DNA of 46,156 nucleotides, counting the filler, from Basidiobolus ranarum (Eukaryota), in assembly GCA_040143965.1 (NCBI GenBank). It is 14 parts of 14 records of this genome, joined end to end, with 100 filler letters (N's around TTAATTAATTAA, not from the genome) between each part and the next. Parts side by side here need not be neighbours in the genome. Positions count along the whole stretch, not along the records: positions 1 to 1,002 come from JASJQH010006861.1; positions 1,103 to 2,104 come from JASJQH010006862.1; positions 2,205 to 3,206 come from JASJQH010006863.1; positions 3,307 to 4,308 come from JASJQH010006864.1; positions 4,409 to 5,409 come from JASJQH010006865.1; positions 5,510 to 6,510 come from JASJQH010006866.1; positions 6,611 to 7,611 come from JASJQH010006867.1; positions 7,712 to 8,712 come from JASJQH010006868.1; 6 more parts are not named here. One strand, written 5' to 3'. Both the position numbers and the translations under genes were made by a program. The notes under the pieces were generated by a model that was not told the DNA's origin, searched no databases, and worked only from the letters and a program-made list of their open reading frames with translations. This document shows positions 1 to 12,112 of the stretch, in pieces. Every line of letters begins with the position of its first letter. Position 1 is the stretch's first letter.

Positions 1-540
1 CATGAAACAAAACAGCCTAAAATTGTTGCTATAGACTTCCAGCTAGACCTTTGGAAGCAATACCTTGCCTCCAAGACACCTTTCTTAATTCCCATTATTC
101 CAGGTTTTTGTCCTATTGTCCATCTGGTTTGCACTGAGTACCTTCCTTTCTGCTTACCACCTTTGCCCCTTAACACTATATTTACATCCTCTGAGCTTGA
201 TTACATTGGTCATCAGGTTAAGTATGGATATGATCCAGTATTGTCACAATATCTTAAAAGATTGATGTCTTGATTGTCACTTTGTTTAGATCAGTATTTA
301 AGTTAAATAAAGTCCACACCATATGGTGCTTTTCATCCCCCCCCTAACCCTTTGATCTCTGTCATCAGGCTTAATAAAATTCCATCCTACTTAAGTGTTG
401 GAATTGGCATTGCCAAAACACCCATATAGTCATATATAACTTAGTACTTAGTTATCTTATATTTCACCAAGATATTATCCATTATTCTCAATTGGAATTT
501 ACTTAGAAGTTCTCAGATATATAGATTTTGATAACTTGTG

Positions 541-1002
541 CTAGAAACCCTAAACTTTGCACACATGTTCCTGGGACCTTCCTTAACATATTCTACATGT
601 TATTTTGTTTATATTGTGACAAAACTATACATGTTAACTTTCTACTCAATAAATCAATCAGTGTAAACCACCAATTTCTCTAATTCACTAAACCACTTCC
701 AACAGGCTCCCTAAGTGTATACCTTCCTGGTAGATTTGGCTTTACTTAGATTTCTTGTTTTTTCATTAGCTTTACTTTATATCCTCCTTAATTATCTCAA
801 AGCACACTATATATGAATTGTTAAAGTATTTGGGAGCCTGTTGGAAGTGGTTTGGAGAATTATAGGAATTGGTGGTTTTCACTTATTGATATATTGAGTA
901 GAAAGTTGACATTTATAGTTTTGTCAAGATGTAAACAAACTAACATGTAGAATATGTTAAGGAAGGTCCCAGGAACATGTGTGCAAAGTTTGGGGCTTCT
1001 AG
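541..1002. repeat. Long imperfect inverted repeat (fold-back/MITE-like); arms 541..711 and 832..1002
   Basis: CTAGAAACCCTAAACTTTGCACACATGTTCCTGGGACCTTCCTTAACATATTCTACATG...CAGGCTCCC is mirrored by GGGAGCCTG...CATGTAGAATATGTTAAGGAAGGTCCCAGGAACATGTGTGCAAAGTTTGGGGCTTCTAG. The right arm is cut by the contig end. Confidence 0.9.
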
Positions 1003-1102
1003 NNNNNNNNNNNNNNNNNNNNNNNNNNNNNNNNNNNNNNNNNNNNTTAATTAATTAANNNNNNNNNNNNNNNNNNNNNNNNNNNNNNNNNNNNNNNNNN
1101 NN

Positions 1103-2074
1103 AGATAGAAAGATCAATGTTACACGCTCAAAAGTTAGATTACCAAAATTGGGCTGAATCTGTCTCCACTGAAGTCTATATAAAAAACAGATGCCTAACT
1201 AAATTGCTTCAAGATTCTACTCCTTTTGAAGCCTAATATGGATCAAAGCAAGTGTCTCAGGATCTTTAGTTGCACAGCATATTGCCTAATTCCAGCTCAA
1301 AAATGCTCAAAATTGGAACCCAAAAGCTGAATATTCATATTTTGTGATTACTGTGTTGAATCTAAGTCCTACAGACTCTATGATACCAAAAATCAGAAGT
1401 TAATTAGGTGCCAAGATGTGATTTTGATGATAAAGCAAATTTTTCACCTCAAATCACTTTCCTTGATTGAGAACACACAATTGGTACTTTCCAGGAAGTG
1501 TTTGACAAAAATCCAGCTGTGTCTGAGCATAATTCAACAAACATACAGCCTCAATTAAATCAGATGATGATTCAAGACTTAGAAGCTCACCAAGAGGCAG
1601 AAATGAGCTAGAGAACTGGTGGAATACTTCAATTATGATGTACATGGTTATGTAGCATTTCTGTGACAAGCCACAAACTCTGCATTAAGGTCTGGAGTGT
1701 CTATAATCAAAATTGTGGAAAAATGGAATTTCTGATGAGTTTTCTTCACTTTTAGTCAATAAACATGGGTTTTTGCTCTTCTACAATCAGGAAGAAAGCC
1801 AATAGGTTGCAAATGGGTTTACTAGCAAAAATTTATTTCCAGAATCCAGGAGTTGATTTTAATGAAACTTTTGCTCCAGTAGCCAAGTGTAGCTCCATTG
1901 TGTCAATCCTAGCACTCTGAGCTATCCATAACCTTCAATTACATCAAACAGAAGCATGAACAGCCTTTCTGAATAGAAATCTAGAAGAAGATATCTATTT
2001 GGAGCAGCCGGATGCCTTTGTTGACCCAAAACACCCTGATATGATCTGCAAACAGCAAATATTGCTATATGGAC
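1103..2074 (+). mobile_element. Degenerate Ty1/copia pol fragment (integrase C-terminus to RT N-terminus)
   Basis: Frame-shifted motifs AESVST..YIKNR, KPIGCKWVY, GVDFNETFAPVAK, AFLN..LEEDIYLEQPDAF. Confidence 0.85.
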
Positions 2075-2104
2075 CCCTAACAAAAATAAAATCAATTTGA
2101 TCCG
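2075..2104 (-). mobile_element. CACTA/CMC element 3' terminus inserted in copia RT
   Basis: CCCTAACAAAAATAAAATCAATTTGATCCG, the same terminus as at 2765, 4591 and 7167. Confidence 0.75.
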
Positions 2105-2204
2105 NNNNNNNNNNNNNNNNNNNNNNNNNNNNNNNNNNNNNNNNNNNNTTAATTAATTAANNNNNNNNNNNNNNNNNNNNNNNNNNNNNNNNNNNNNNNN
2201 NNNN

Positions 2205-2397
2205 GATATATGTATCATAACTAAAGGTAACTATGATGTTGAATAAAGTTTAATTATCCAACACCTTCCCTTAATTCTTATTCAGCATTGTGCTTATATT
2301 CACTAATGCCTATTCTGGCTCTTAACTTTTCAAAGCTTGAAGTTTTGTGTGGCTTTGTTAGTAAATCTGCAAGCATGTTTTAAGTATTACAATAAAT
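2205..2397 (-). mobile_element. Ty1/copia RNase H end, polypurine tract (2264..2272) and start of 3' LTR (2263..2205)
   Basis: Minus strand reads MLADLLTKPHKTSSFEKLR, then AAGGGAAGG, then TGTTGGATAATTAAACTTTATTCAACA, which matches the LTR at 2398. Confidence 0.85.
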
Positions 2398-2724
2398 TGT
2401 TGGATAATTAATCTTTATTCAACAGCATAGTTAACTTTAGTAAGGATACATGTATCAGAAACAGAAAGCAACATATCTATAGCCCCTATATTATAAATAG
2501 GAATATCTCTATATCTATATAACAAGTATATCTTATTACCCCCACTTATGTATTATATCTTATTACATAAACTCCTAAATATCTCAAACAATTGACTTAC
2601 TATTCTACTATATAAGACACCATATACTCTTAAGAATAAAGTAACTAAAACACTCTATCATAAGTTGCTTCTAATACTCAAAGTCTACCCCCATTACATC
2701 GAGATCCACCAACATGGTAGCAGC
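2398..2724 (+). mobile_element. Complete copia 5' LTR (2398..2714, 317 bp) with primer-binding site (2715..2724)
   Basis: TGTTGG...CCAACA terminal inverted hexamers; internal TATAAATA and AATAAA; immediately followed by TGGTAGCAGC (initiator-tRNA-Met-type PBS). Confidence 0.85.
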
Positions 2725-2764
2725 AAGTGAATTAGAGTCTTCTTCCTAACAAGAGATTACTAAT

Positions 2765-3206
2765 CCCTAACAAAAATAAAATTGATTTGATCCGGATTGG
2801 ATCCACCCTCCAAAATAGCAAAACTGTCAGAGAACCATCACAATATTGGTGGCTTGCATTCTGCCAGGGATTTTAATGGTGTGATGGCAGTTTCTTGATG
2901 GTATTTTGATGGTATTTATATATGTTAAAACATTGATCCTTAAATTTGGCATGTGTTATTGAATATCCAGCAATTTTTGAAAAAATTTAATTTTCAAATG
3001 ACAAATTACTGGGTTTACTGCTGTAAAAATTCAAATTAATATGTATGCCTTTATTTGGATATTTCAGGCTTTGTATTCCAGCCATAATGAGAATCAAAAA
3101 ATACAAGAATCTTGTTGTGTTTAGTCTCTACATATGCATATACTTGACTGATTAGACATAACTCAACAACATCAATATGCTTTACCAGCAAACTAATGGT
3201 GGAAAA
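2765..3206 (-). mobile_element. CACTA/CMC element 3' terminal region
   Basis: Starts CCCTAACAAAAAT and is the reverse complement of 6808..7167 and 10690..10912. Confidence 0.8.
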
Positions 3207-3306
3207 NNNNNNNNNNNNNNNNNNNNNNNNNNNNNNNNNNNNNNNNNNNNTTAATTAATTAANNNNNNNNNNNNNNNNNNNNNNNNNNNNNNNNNNNNNN
3301 NNNNNN

Positions 3307-4308
3307 AGTATATCTGACTCTGGAATTGCAGATCTTCATAATGGTGTGAAGAATTTGGTAAGTGGGACAGTAGAGCCTAAACTCACTGGCTCCTTTGCTT
3401 TTCCCTTGGGTTTACTAACTTCCTGCTCCTTCAGTACTTCTTTAGCTGCTTTTCTTTCTTTTCCAAGTCAATAATTGCATACATTTTTGAGATGTTTCTT
3501 GAATAGGCCTATACTAGCCCAATTGCCATTTGCTGCAAAAACCCAGGAGAAGCCACATTAAATAAGTCAAGAACCTTCAGAGTAACGCCTGGTTTTTGGT
3601 ATTTCCATGATTGACTCAAATCAAGTTGATTTTGGGCAAGATTCCGCATAGTTTCCAAAATGTTAAACCACCATCATCAAAACAAGTGATGGCAGCTCTG
3701 ACATTCAGAGTCTTTGGGTTTGCCGGTTTTCCTATGAGATTTCTACTTTCATGTGCCTAAGCATTTTCAGGTCATTGTGTAGGCTTAATGGTCCAACACA
3801 TATTCTGCTCTGCCAGATTGTCACAGTGACATCAATATGTATGGTGTGGGATTGATTGAAATCCCATACAAGAATGGATGGAGAGAACAGCATGTTGCTG
3901 TAGCTCAAGTTCAGCATTCTGAAGGTCTTGTATCATTGTTGAGTGGCTCTCCTACTGTTGACTAGTTGCTTCCAAATGTTGCTTTAATTGCAATATTGCA
4001 GCATTATTGCTTGTCATGGCCTGTATAGCAACTTCATAGTTCTTACTTATGCTGGCATACATATCATTAGAGTGTTTGGCCTGCAATTCCCTTGTTGTAA
4101 TAACTCTATCCAAATTTTCTACCAAGAGTTGCTCACTAGTGGGCAAAGTAGCCATTTTGCAAGTTGATGGTCTTGATGGTGTTTTTTGTTGAACTTTGCT
4201 CAACTATTGATTTCCTATGTAATTTGGGGATTACAATCTCTTCACTTGCCCTATGGCTGGAAAGGAACTCATCTGGTAAATTGATTAATGCTTCATCATT
4301 ACTTGAGT
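3307..4308 (-). mobile_element. Probable decayed LTR-retrotransposon gag-like fragment
   Basis: CpG-depleted, broken coiled-coil ORF (3952..4203) and a Cys/His-containing remnant; no decisive motif. Confidence 0.3.
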
Positions 4309-4408
4309 NNNNNNNNNNNNNNNNNNNNNNNNNNNNNNNNNNNNNNNNNNNNTTAATTAATTAANNNNNNNNNNNNNNNNNNNNNNNNNNNNNNNNNNNN
4401 NNNNNNNN

Positions 4409-4591
4409 CAAATTTGAGGATTAATATTTCAACATGTAAGAGTACCATCAAAATACCATCAAGAAACTGCTGTCCCACCATCAAAATCCCTGGCAAAATG
4501 CAAGCCACCAATATTTTGACAGTTCTCTGATGGTTTAGCTACTTTGGAGGATGGATTTAATCCAGATCAAATTGATTTTATTTTGTTTGGG
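4409..4591 (+). mobile_element. CACTA/CMC element 3' terminus
   Basis: Homologous to 6985..7167; ends ...GATTTTATTTTGTTTGGG. Confidence 0.8.
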
Positions 4592-5193
4592 ACAACAATT
4601 GGTCATGATGCTTTTTTGGAGATATCATGCCAGCCTGTACCAAGTTACCTAATTTATTATTGCCAAATTAAGATTTTGGGTAAATGGCAAGGCACCTTTA
4701 TCCCCTAGTTTGTAGTTTATCAATAATGGAATTTGTAACAATAAACTAGTTATACTGTAACTTACTCAATCAAATGTATAAGCAAGACACTCATATGTTT
4801 CAGGCCAGTTATTTGTCTCCCACTTGCACATTGTCCTGATCTTCAATAGTGCCCCACAGCTCTTGCATTATGTAACAGCAGTAGTTTTGGCACACCAGTG
4901 AGAGAGTGCAGCACTCAATGATGGATTAATCTGCCATATGATAGTAATGATCAGGATTGTTTGATTCATCATTTTTAGATCAGAAAATTATTCATTTAAT
5001 CATGTAAGCTCCTAATAGGGTGAAAATGTCAATAGAATGAGACATATCAAGCCAATATGGCTGAACACACTTTTTATTGACAGACAATTTTTATTTAATT
5101 TTAGTGAAATTACTTGTATTAATAGGCTATCATTGATTGTTGGGATATAGGATAATTTCATGGTATCAGTGTTTCATAAATACATAAGCAATC

Positions 5194-5409
5194 CCCAAAC
5201 AGAAATTTGAGGATTGTTATCATAGGAATACTGTCACAATTTTAATCCACTTGGGATTGACCATTTACTTACCGTCACAAATTCATCAAGTTAGATTTGA
5301 TTTTAATCATTTTTTCAGTTGCAGGAGTGAAATTTCACGATCTCACAAAATAGTTGCACATGATTGGCTAAAATCTCAGAGAACTATGGATCAACACATG
5401 TGCAAAAAT
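5194..5409 (+). mobile_element. CACTA/CMC element presumed 5' terminus
   Basis: CCCAAACAGAAATTTGAGGATTGTTAT... is the reverse complement of 11200..11416. The first ~13 nt match the 3' terminus (short TIR CCCTAACARAAAT). Confidence 0.7.
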
Positions 5410-5509
5410 NNNNNNNNNNNNNNNNNNNNNNNNNNNNNNNNNNNNNNNNNNNNTTAATTAATTAANNNNNNNNNNNNNNNNNNNNNNNNNNNNNNNNNNN
5501 NNNNNNNNN

Positions 5510-6510
5510 AAAATACCACCCTGACATCAGAGGAGTTCATTTTTCTTAAATATAAATGTCATGCCATAACCAAACATTTAAAGAAGCCCTGCTATTATTG
5601 TTGCAAATTCTTTTGCTATGAAAGCCAGAGGCTTCATTGAAAAAATAATCACAAGCACGGTCACTGTACAAAGCCACTAGCTGCACCAAGCCTGGTGTAT
5701 AACAACCATAATAAGTACACTAAATTGACTTTAGTTTTGCCTATTGAGTCCACTGACTGTAGTTTGCCTCAAAGTTTTGGTAGCACTGCCAAAAGTCAAG
5801 ATACTATGGAGTTACCACAGTTATATGACCAGAATGATGTAGGGCAAAATGCAACTTTGGTCAAACCAGCAAGTCCAGACAACTTTGAGGACTTGCTGCT
5901 AGATGTTTACCTTGGTTATTCCAGTACCATTGGTATTATCAGAAGTTGAAGACAAAGACAATGGTTTTGTTACAGACTTTTTGTTATTAGCAAACATTAG
6001 TCCACTCATAACACTTACTGTAAAGGAAGCAGCTTTGATTATTGAGAAGTGGAGAGTTCAATCCAATTTTAACAACCAGGTGTTTATTGGTTTCTTACAC
6101 TTTTACCACAGTTGATTGGCAACTGTTGCTTGCCACAGACCTGGTACAAGTGGAAAACACTTGTCAACTGTATGACTTATAATCCTTCAGTAATTAAACT
6201 ACCTTCATATCCAAATGGTTGTTTGGCTCTCACCGGTGATCTGAAAAACCTGAGGTCATGTACTATTTGCACACAATTGACAGTCACTGAATCAGGTAAA
6301 TATTGTTCATATTTGGCTTGCATACCGTTAATTCCGCATCTTAAAGTTTTGATGAAATCACCCAAATATAGATCATTGATCCAATACCAAAGTACTCACC
6401 ATAAAGCTGATGATTTTACCAATATACTTGATGGATATCACTACCAGAATCTGAAAAGTCAAGGTTTCTTTGAGAACACATATGATCATGCATTTGCATT
6501 GGCTCTGGAT
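5510..6510 (+). mobile_element. CACTA/EnSpm transposase pseudogene, N-terminal part
   Basis: ...NILDGYHYQNLKSQGFFENTYDHAFALALD precedes the first catalytic Asp of Tnp2/Transposase_21-type proteins; overlaps in sequence with 9282..9812 and 13213..13796. Confidence 0.8.
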
Positions 6511-6610
6511 NNNNNNNNNNNNNNNNNNNNNNNNNNNNNNNNNNNNNNNNNNNNTTAATTAATTAANNNNNNNNNNNNNNNNNNNNNNNNNNNNNNNNNN
6601 NNNNNNNNNN

Positions 6611-7167
6611 CAGTAAACCCAATAATTTGCCATTCAAAAATTATATTTTTGCAAATACTGCTGGATATTGAATAACACATGCCAAATTTGAGGATCAATA
6701 TTTTAACATGTATGAATACCATTAAGATATCACCATCACACCATCAAAATCCCTGGCAGAATGCAAGCCACTAATATTGTGATGGTTCCCTGTTGGTTTT
6801 CCTATTTAAACTAAACACAACAAGATTCTTGTATTTTTTGATTCTCATTATGGCTGGAATTCAAAGCCTAAACTATCTAAATAAAGGCATGCATATTAAT
6901 TCAAATTCCGACAGCAGTAAACCCAGTAATTTGCTATTCAAAATTATATTTTGCAAAATTGCCGGATATTGAAAAATGCATGCCAAATTTGAGGATCAAT
7001 ATTTTAACATGCATGAGTACTATCAGAATACCATCAAGAAACTGCTATCACACCATAAAAATCCCAGGCAGAATGCAAGCCACCAATATTGTGATGGTTC
7101 TCTGACGGTTTTGCTCTTTTGGAGGGTTGATCCAATCCGGATGAAATTGATTTTATTTTTGTCAGGG
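6611..7167 (+). mobile_element. CACTA/CMC 3' subterminal region, tandemly duplicated (6611..6807 partial; 6808..7167 to terminus)
   Basis: CAGTAAACCC...GATGGTTC occurs twice; ends TTTTATTTTTGTCAGGG. Confidence 0.8.
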
Positions 7168-7199
7168 ATATTATTACAGCTGGGCAATGAAGTTTTCCA

Positions 7200-7611
7200 A
7201 GGGTAGGGAAGAGTTCTCTTCTATGTGCATATTATTGATCTTAAATCTAGGATTATTTTTTGAACAGGTTCTTGCCACATGTCTACAAGCTCCACAATAG
7301 AGGCATATATTTGCTTGTTAATGTCTATATTTCACCTTGGGGCTAAGCTTTCCAAAGTATGTTACATCAGTTTGCATTGGGCCATCTGCTTGAGCTGTAT
7401 TTTGTGCTTGCTGGAAGGGAGGTCTGAAAGTAGATGAAGAAGGAGAGAAGGGGCCATATGTCTTTGTTGTAGTCTTTCAAACAACCAGTTGTCACATTTA
7501 ACAGCCTGGTGGATATCATCAGTCAAGTTCACTTGGTTGGCAATGGTGATTTATAGATCCTTAATATTTTCTTGGAGTCCATTTTTGAATTGGTTGTTCA
7601 GGGCATATTAT
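7200..7611 (-). mobile_element. Ty3/gypsy gag fragment
   Basis: Minus strand reads ALNNQFKNGLQENIKDL...AVKCDNWLFER, PMQTD, and the zinc knuckle CLYCGACRHVARTC. Confidence 0.7.
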
Positions 7612-7711
7612 NNNNNNNNNNNNNNNNNNNNNNNNNNNNNNNNNNNNNNNNNNNNTTAATTAATTAANNNNNNNNNNNNNNNNNNNNNNNNNNNNNNNNN
7701 NNNNNNNNNNN

Positions 7712-8712
7712 TCTGAGTGGTGATTATATTGCTGAAGCTAATATCAATGTATGTATATGTGACACCCTGCCATCAGTAAACTTGGGGGATTTTGCTTGAA
7801 AAATGTGCTATCTTGCTGTAGATTTTGTCAAAGCAAAGGAGTCTACTCTAACAGGCAAATGCATTACTGCTTTCCAAATAATACACTAAATTATATGATT
7901 TTTCCATCCAGATCCCAGTTTGACTTCAACATGCTCACAGATATTAATTGACCAAATAGTCAATCTAGCATCAAACTTGGGATTAGCCATAAGCCTAAGA
8001 ATATATTCCTAAAGGGGATCCGCTGGAACCAGAGCTTCCCATAAGGCACCATGCACTTACTATTCACAACATTTCAATGCCACTTACTCAGCTGTATAGT
8101 GGAGAAATTAATATCAATGAGCCATTCAAGATTGGCTCAAAGTTTGAATCATTGGGAAGATGCTTGAAAACTTGAAGATATCATCATATTCTACCAGGAC
8201 TCCCATCAATATCCACTCATTCAGGTGTTTATCAAAGCCAAAGACTGGAAGCATTGGTTTTGTATCAATTGAAGTGGAATCTTGAAAAGACTTTAGCCTG
8301 ATAAGTAATGGCCACATTGGGAGTTGTTTGTGGAAATTGTTAATAAATTCTTATGGCATCAACTCACATTGGCAGATATCAGGCAGATACAGCTATGGTG
8401 CAAAGATTTTGTAATTGGATATGAAGAACTTTGTCACAAGTTTAAGGTACACAGACTGAATATATGTTAGTTTTTAATACATTCCCTGCTGCATCTTTTA
8501 CAATGCTTGGAGATTATGGGCCCTTGCTATACATTAAGGTAGTACCCAATGCAGCACATCTGCAGTAAAATGACCCTCTGTGTAAAATTGTAAGCTCTAC
8601 CATATGCTACTCTGGTTAAAAATGATTTAGCTAAATCATTGATGTATGTAATGCAATGGGTTTAGAAGTCTCAAGAGTATCTCAACCTTATGACCAAGAT
8701 CACTCTTCAATG
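7712..8712 (+). mobile_element. CACTA/EnSpm transposase pseudogene, central part (heavily mutated)
   Basis: Homologous to 8813..9120 (reverse) and 9913..10280; many stops and frameshifts. Confidence 0.8.
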
Positions 8713-8812
8713 NNNNNNNNNNNNNNNNNNNNNNNNNNNNNNNNNNNNNNNNNNNNTTAATTAATTAANNNNNNNNNNNNNNNNNNNNNNNNNNNNNNNN
8801 NNNNNNNNNNNN

Positions 8813-9812
8813 CTCCAGCTGATCCCCTTTAGCAATATAATCTTAGGCTTACGGCTAATACCAAGTTTGATGTTAGACTGACTATTTGGTGAATTGATAT
8901 CAGTGATCATGTTGAAATCTGACTGGGCTCTTGATGATAAAATCATGAAGTTTAGTGTTGTATTTGGATAGTAGTAATGTGTATGCCTGTTAGAGTCAAC
9001 TCCATTGATTTGACAAAATCTACAGCAAGATAGTGCATTATGCCCATGAAAACCTCCAAATTTACTGATGGCAGCAGTGTCACCAATACATACAATGATA
9101 TTAGCTTTAATAAAATATTCACCCATCTGAACCACATTAGATAACTGTTCAAATTCTGCAATCAAAGGCTCTAAGAAGCTATCTATAAGCACAGGTGATA
9201 TAGGTCCAGATATAATGGATAGTATCAGAATATTATAAATCGTATACAGTTCAGAAGGAGGAAGATTTAAATTGATTAAAATTATTGGCAAGTCAGCCTT
9301 TCCACAGTATATTTGTTTAGTGAGAAATCATCCAGAACCAATGCAAATGCATGATTGTATGTGTTCTCAAAGAAACCTTGACTTTTCTGGTTCTGGTAGT
9401 GATATCCATCAAGTATATTGGTGATACCATCAGCTTTACAGTGAGTACCATGGTTTCGGATCAATGATCTATATTTGGGTGATTTCATCAAAACTTTAAG
9501 ATGGGGAATCAATGGTGTGTAAGCCAAATATGAACAATATATACCTGGTTTGGAGATTGCCAATTGTGTGCAAACTATACTTGACTTCAGGTTTTTCAGA
9601 TCACCGGTCAAAGCCAACAACCATTTGGACATGAAGGCAGATTAATTACTGAAGGATTACAAGTCATACAACTGACAAGTGTTTTCCACTTGTACCAGGT
9701 CTGTGGCAAGCAACAGTTGCCAATCAACTGTGGTAAGAGTGTAAGAAAACCAATAAACACCTGGTTGCTAAGATTGGATTGAACTCTCCACTCCTCAATA
9801 ATCAAAGCCGCT
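8813..9812 (-). mobile_element. CACTA/EnSpm transposase pseudogene, catalytic core
   Basis: PIILINLNLPPSELY...ILSIISGP..P..IDSFLEPLIAEF and GDTAAISKFGGFHGHNALSCCRFC are hallmark motifs of fungal CACTA transposases. Confidence 0.9.
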
Positions 9813-9912
9813 NNNNNNNNNNNNNNNNNNNNNNNNNNNNNNNNNNNNNNNNNNNNTTAATTAATTAANNNNNNNNNNNNNNNNNNNNNNNNNNNNNNNN
9901 NNNNNNNNNNNN

Positions 9913-10912
9913 TAATATATTCTTACAGCATCAACTCACATTGGCAGATCTCAGGCAGATACAGCAACTGTGCAAAGATTTTGTAATTGTATATGAAAAA
10001 CTTTATTACAGGTTTAAAGATGATAGATTGAATCTATGCCAGTATTCAATACATTCCCTGCTGCATCTTTCACAATGCTTAGAGATTATAGGCCCTTGCT
10101 CTACATTCTGGGAGTTCCCAATGGAGCGCACCTGCAGTGAAATGATGCTTGGTCTGAAATCATCAGTATTATGTATGCTAATCTGATTAACAATGTATCA
10201 GCAAAATTGGTGATGGATGCGATGCAATGGGTTAAGGAGACTCCAGAGTATATTAACCTGCCAACAAAGAGCTCTTTTCAATGTGCTCACAGTTTTCACA
10301 TTGTTTGAGCACAATAATGGCAACAAAGCCTAATCCGTGGATACAGAGTAAGTACTGTTATAATTGGACTAATTTGCTTGTGTCATAATCTGATGGTAGT
10401 TTTAGTAAAGCTGAAAAACAAACTTCTTGGTGAGATAGATTAAGATATGCAGTATTATTGTTTTAGCCACGGGGTAATCTATTCAAGCAATGACACATCT
10501 ACTTGTGGCAGGACAATTGTTGACTACAAGTAGGGGGTATATTGGCTGAATTCTTTACAGAAATTTGCCAAAATCCAAGAGATTATTCTGATTGTGAACA
10601 GTAACAAGAGTGAGCTATTTGCCAAGTGTCAGTGATATTCAAAATTTCAGATGTTAAGCAATTCTTCCACTATTGGTTTGCTGGTAATGCATATTGATGT
10701 TGTTGAGTTATATCTAATCAGTCAACTATGTGCATATGTAGAGACTAAACACAATGAGATTCTTGTATTTCTTGATTCTCATTATGGCTGGTATACAAAG
10801 CCTAAAATATCTAAATTAAGGCATGGATATTAATTCAAATTCCTACAACAGTAAACCCAGTAATTTGCCATTCAAAAATCATATTTTTGCAAAAATTGCT
10901 GGATATTGAATA
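9913..10912 (+). mobile_element. CACTA/EnSpm transposase C-terminal part plus 3' subterminal sequence
   Basis: IHSLLHL...IGPCSTFWEFPMER motif (third catalytic Glu region); the 3' part matches 6808..6975. Confidence 0.88.
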
Positions 10913-11012
10913 NNNNNNNNNNNNNNNNNNNNNNNNNNNNNNNNNNNNNNNNNNNNTTAATTAATTAANNNNNNNNNNNNNNNNNNNNNNNNNNNNNNNN
11001 NNNNNNNNNNNN

Positions 11013-11416
11013 ATTCAGCAATGTTAATACAATGGTAGGCTTTGATGGAGATATTGATACAAACTTGTGTTGGGTATGAGCTGAACCTTGGGTATGAAGA
11101 ACTCTATAAAAATATTCAGGAGATTATATCAAAGAGACTAGAGATTTTGAAGGTGACAAATTAGCATTCAAGTGGTAATTGTGTAAAATTTGGGTTATGT
11201 TTTTTGCACATGTGTTGATCCATAGTTCTCTGAGATTGTAGACAATCCTATGCAACTATTTTGTAAGATTTTGAAATTTCACTCCTGAAACTGATAAAAT
11301 TGATGAAAATCAAATCTAACTTGACAATTTTATGATGGTAAGTAAACATTCAACCCCAAATGGACTAAGATTGTGATGGTTTTCCTACAATAACAATCCT
11401 CAAATTTCTGTTAGGG
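11013..11416 (-). mobile_element. CACTA/CMC presumed 5' terminal region inserted in copia RT
   Basis: Ends AATCCTCAAATTTCTGTTAGGG; reverse complement of 5194..5409. Confidence 0.7.
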
Positions 11417-12012
11417 TTGCTACAGGAGTAAGCATTGTAAGGAAATATATGGAAAATCCTGCAATGAAACAGTGGATAGCTATGAAACAGATAATATGCT
11501 ATCTGAAAGGAACAATATATGATGGAACTCAATTTAGTAAGTAGTACAACATGTTACTTATTTTGGAAGCATAAGCACATGAAGACTGGGCTAATAATAC
11601 AGAACACTGTAAGTCCAGAACTCAATATGTGTTTAAGCTAGCAGATGGGCCAATAAGCTGGATTAGCAAGAAACAACAAATTGTTGCATTATCAACTATG
11701 TAAGCAGAATATATGGCAAACTCTATGGTTATTCAAGAGGCTATATGGCTAAGGAGACTTCTCAAAGAACTAATATATGCTCAAGTTAATCCCACCCCAA
11801 TATATCAAGATAATATTAGTTGTATACAGATCACCAAAAATCCAGAGCATCACTCAAGGATGAAATGTATTGACATAAGACATCATTTTATACAAGAGAA
11901 AGCTCAAGACAAAGAAGTGAACTTGATTTATTTTAATACTGAAAAAATGCTTGCAGGTATACTAACAAAACCACTCAAAACTTCAAGCTTTGAAAAGTTC
12001 AGAATAGAAATA
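11417..12012 (+). mobile_element. Ty1/copia RT C-terminus / RNase H pseudogene
   Basis: DWA, PISWISKKQQIVALST.*AEY, IYQDNIS, HSRMKCIDIRHHFI, MLAGILTKPL. Confidence 0.92.
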
Positions 12013-12112
12013 NNNNNNNNNNNNNNNNNNNNNNNNNNNNNNNNNNNNNNNNNNNNTTAATTAATTAANNNNNNNNNNNNNNNNNNNNNNNNNNNNNNNN
12101 NNNNNNNNNNNN

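Noticed and set aside
4592-5170. Second LTR ending at CA 5160 before TGGTATCAG
   Set aside because: PBS-like motif seen, but no convincing matching TG start or second copy, so not listed as a feature.
6976-7206. Small ORFs in CACTA subterminal DNA (also 10651..10833 and 5251..5457)
   Set aside because: Not conserved as open frames between homologous copies.
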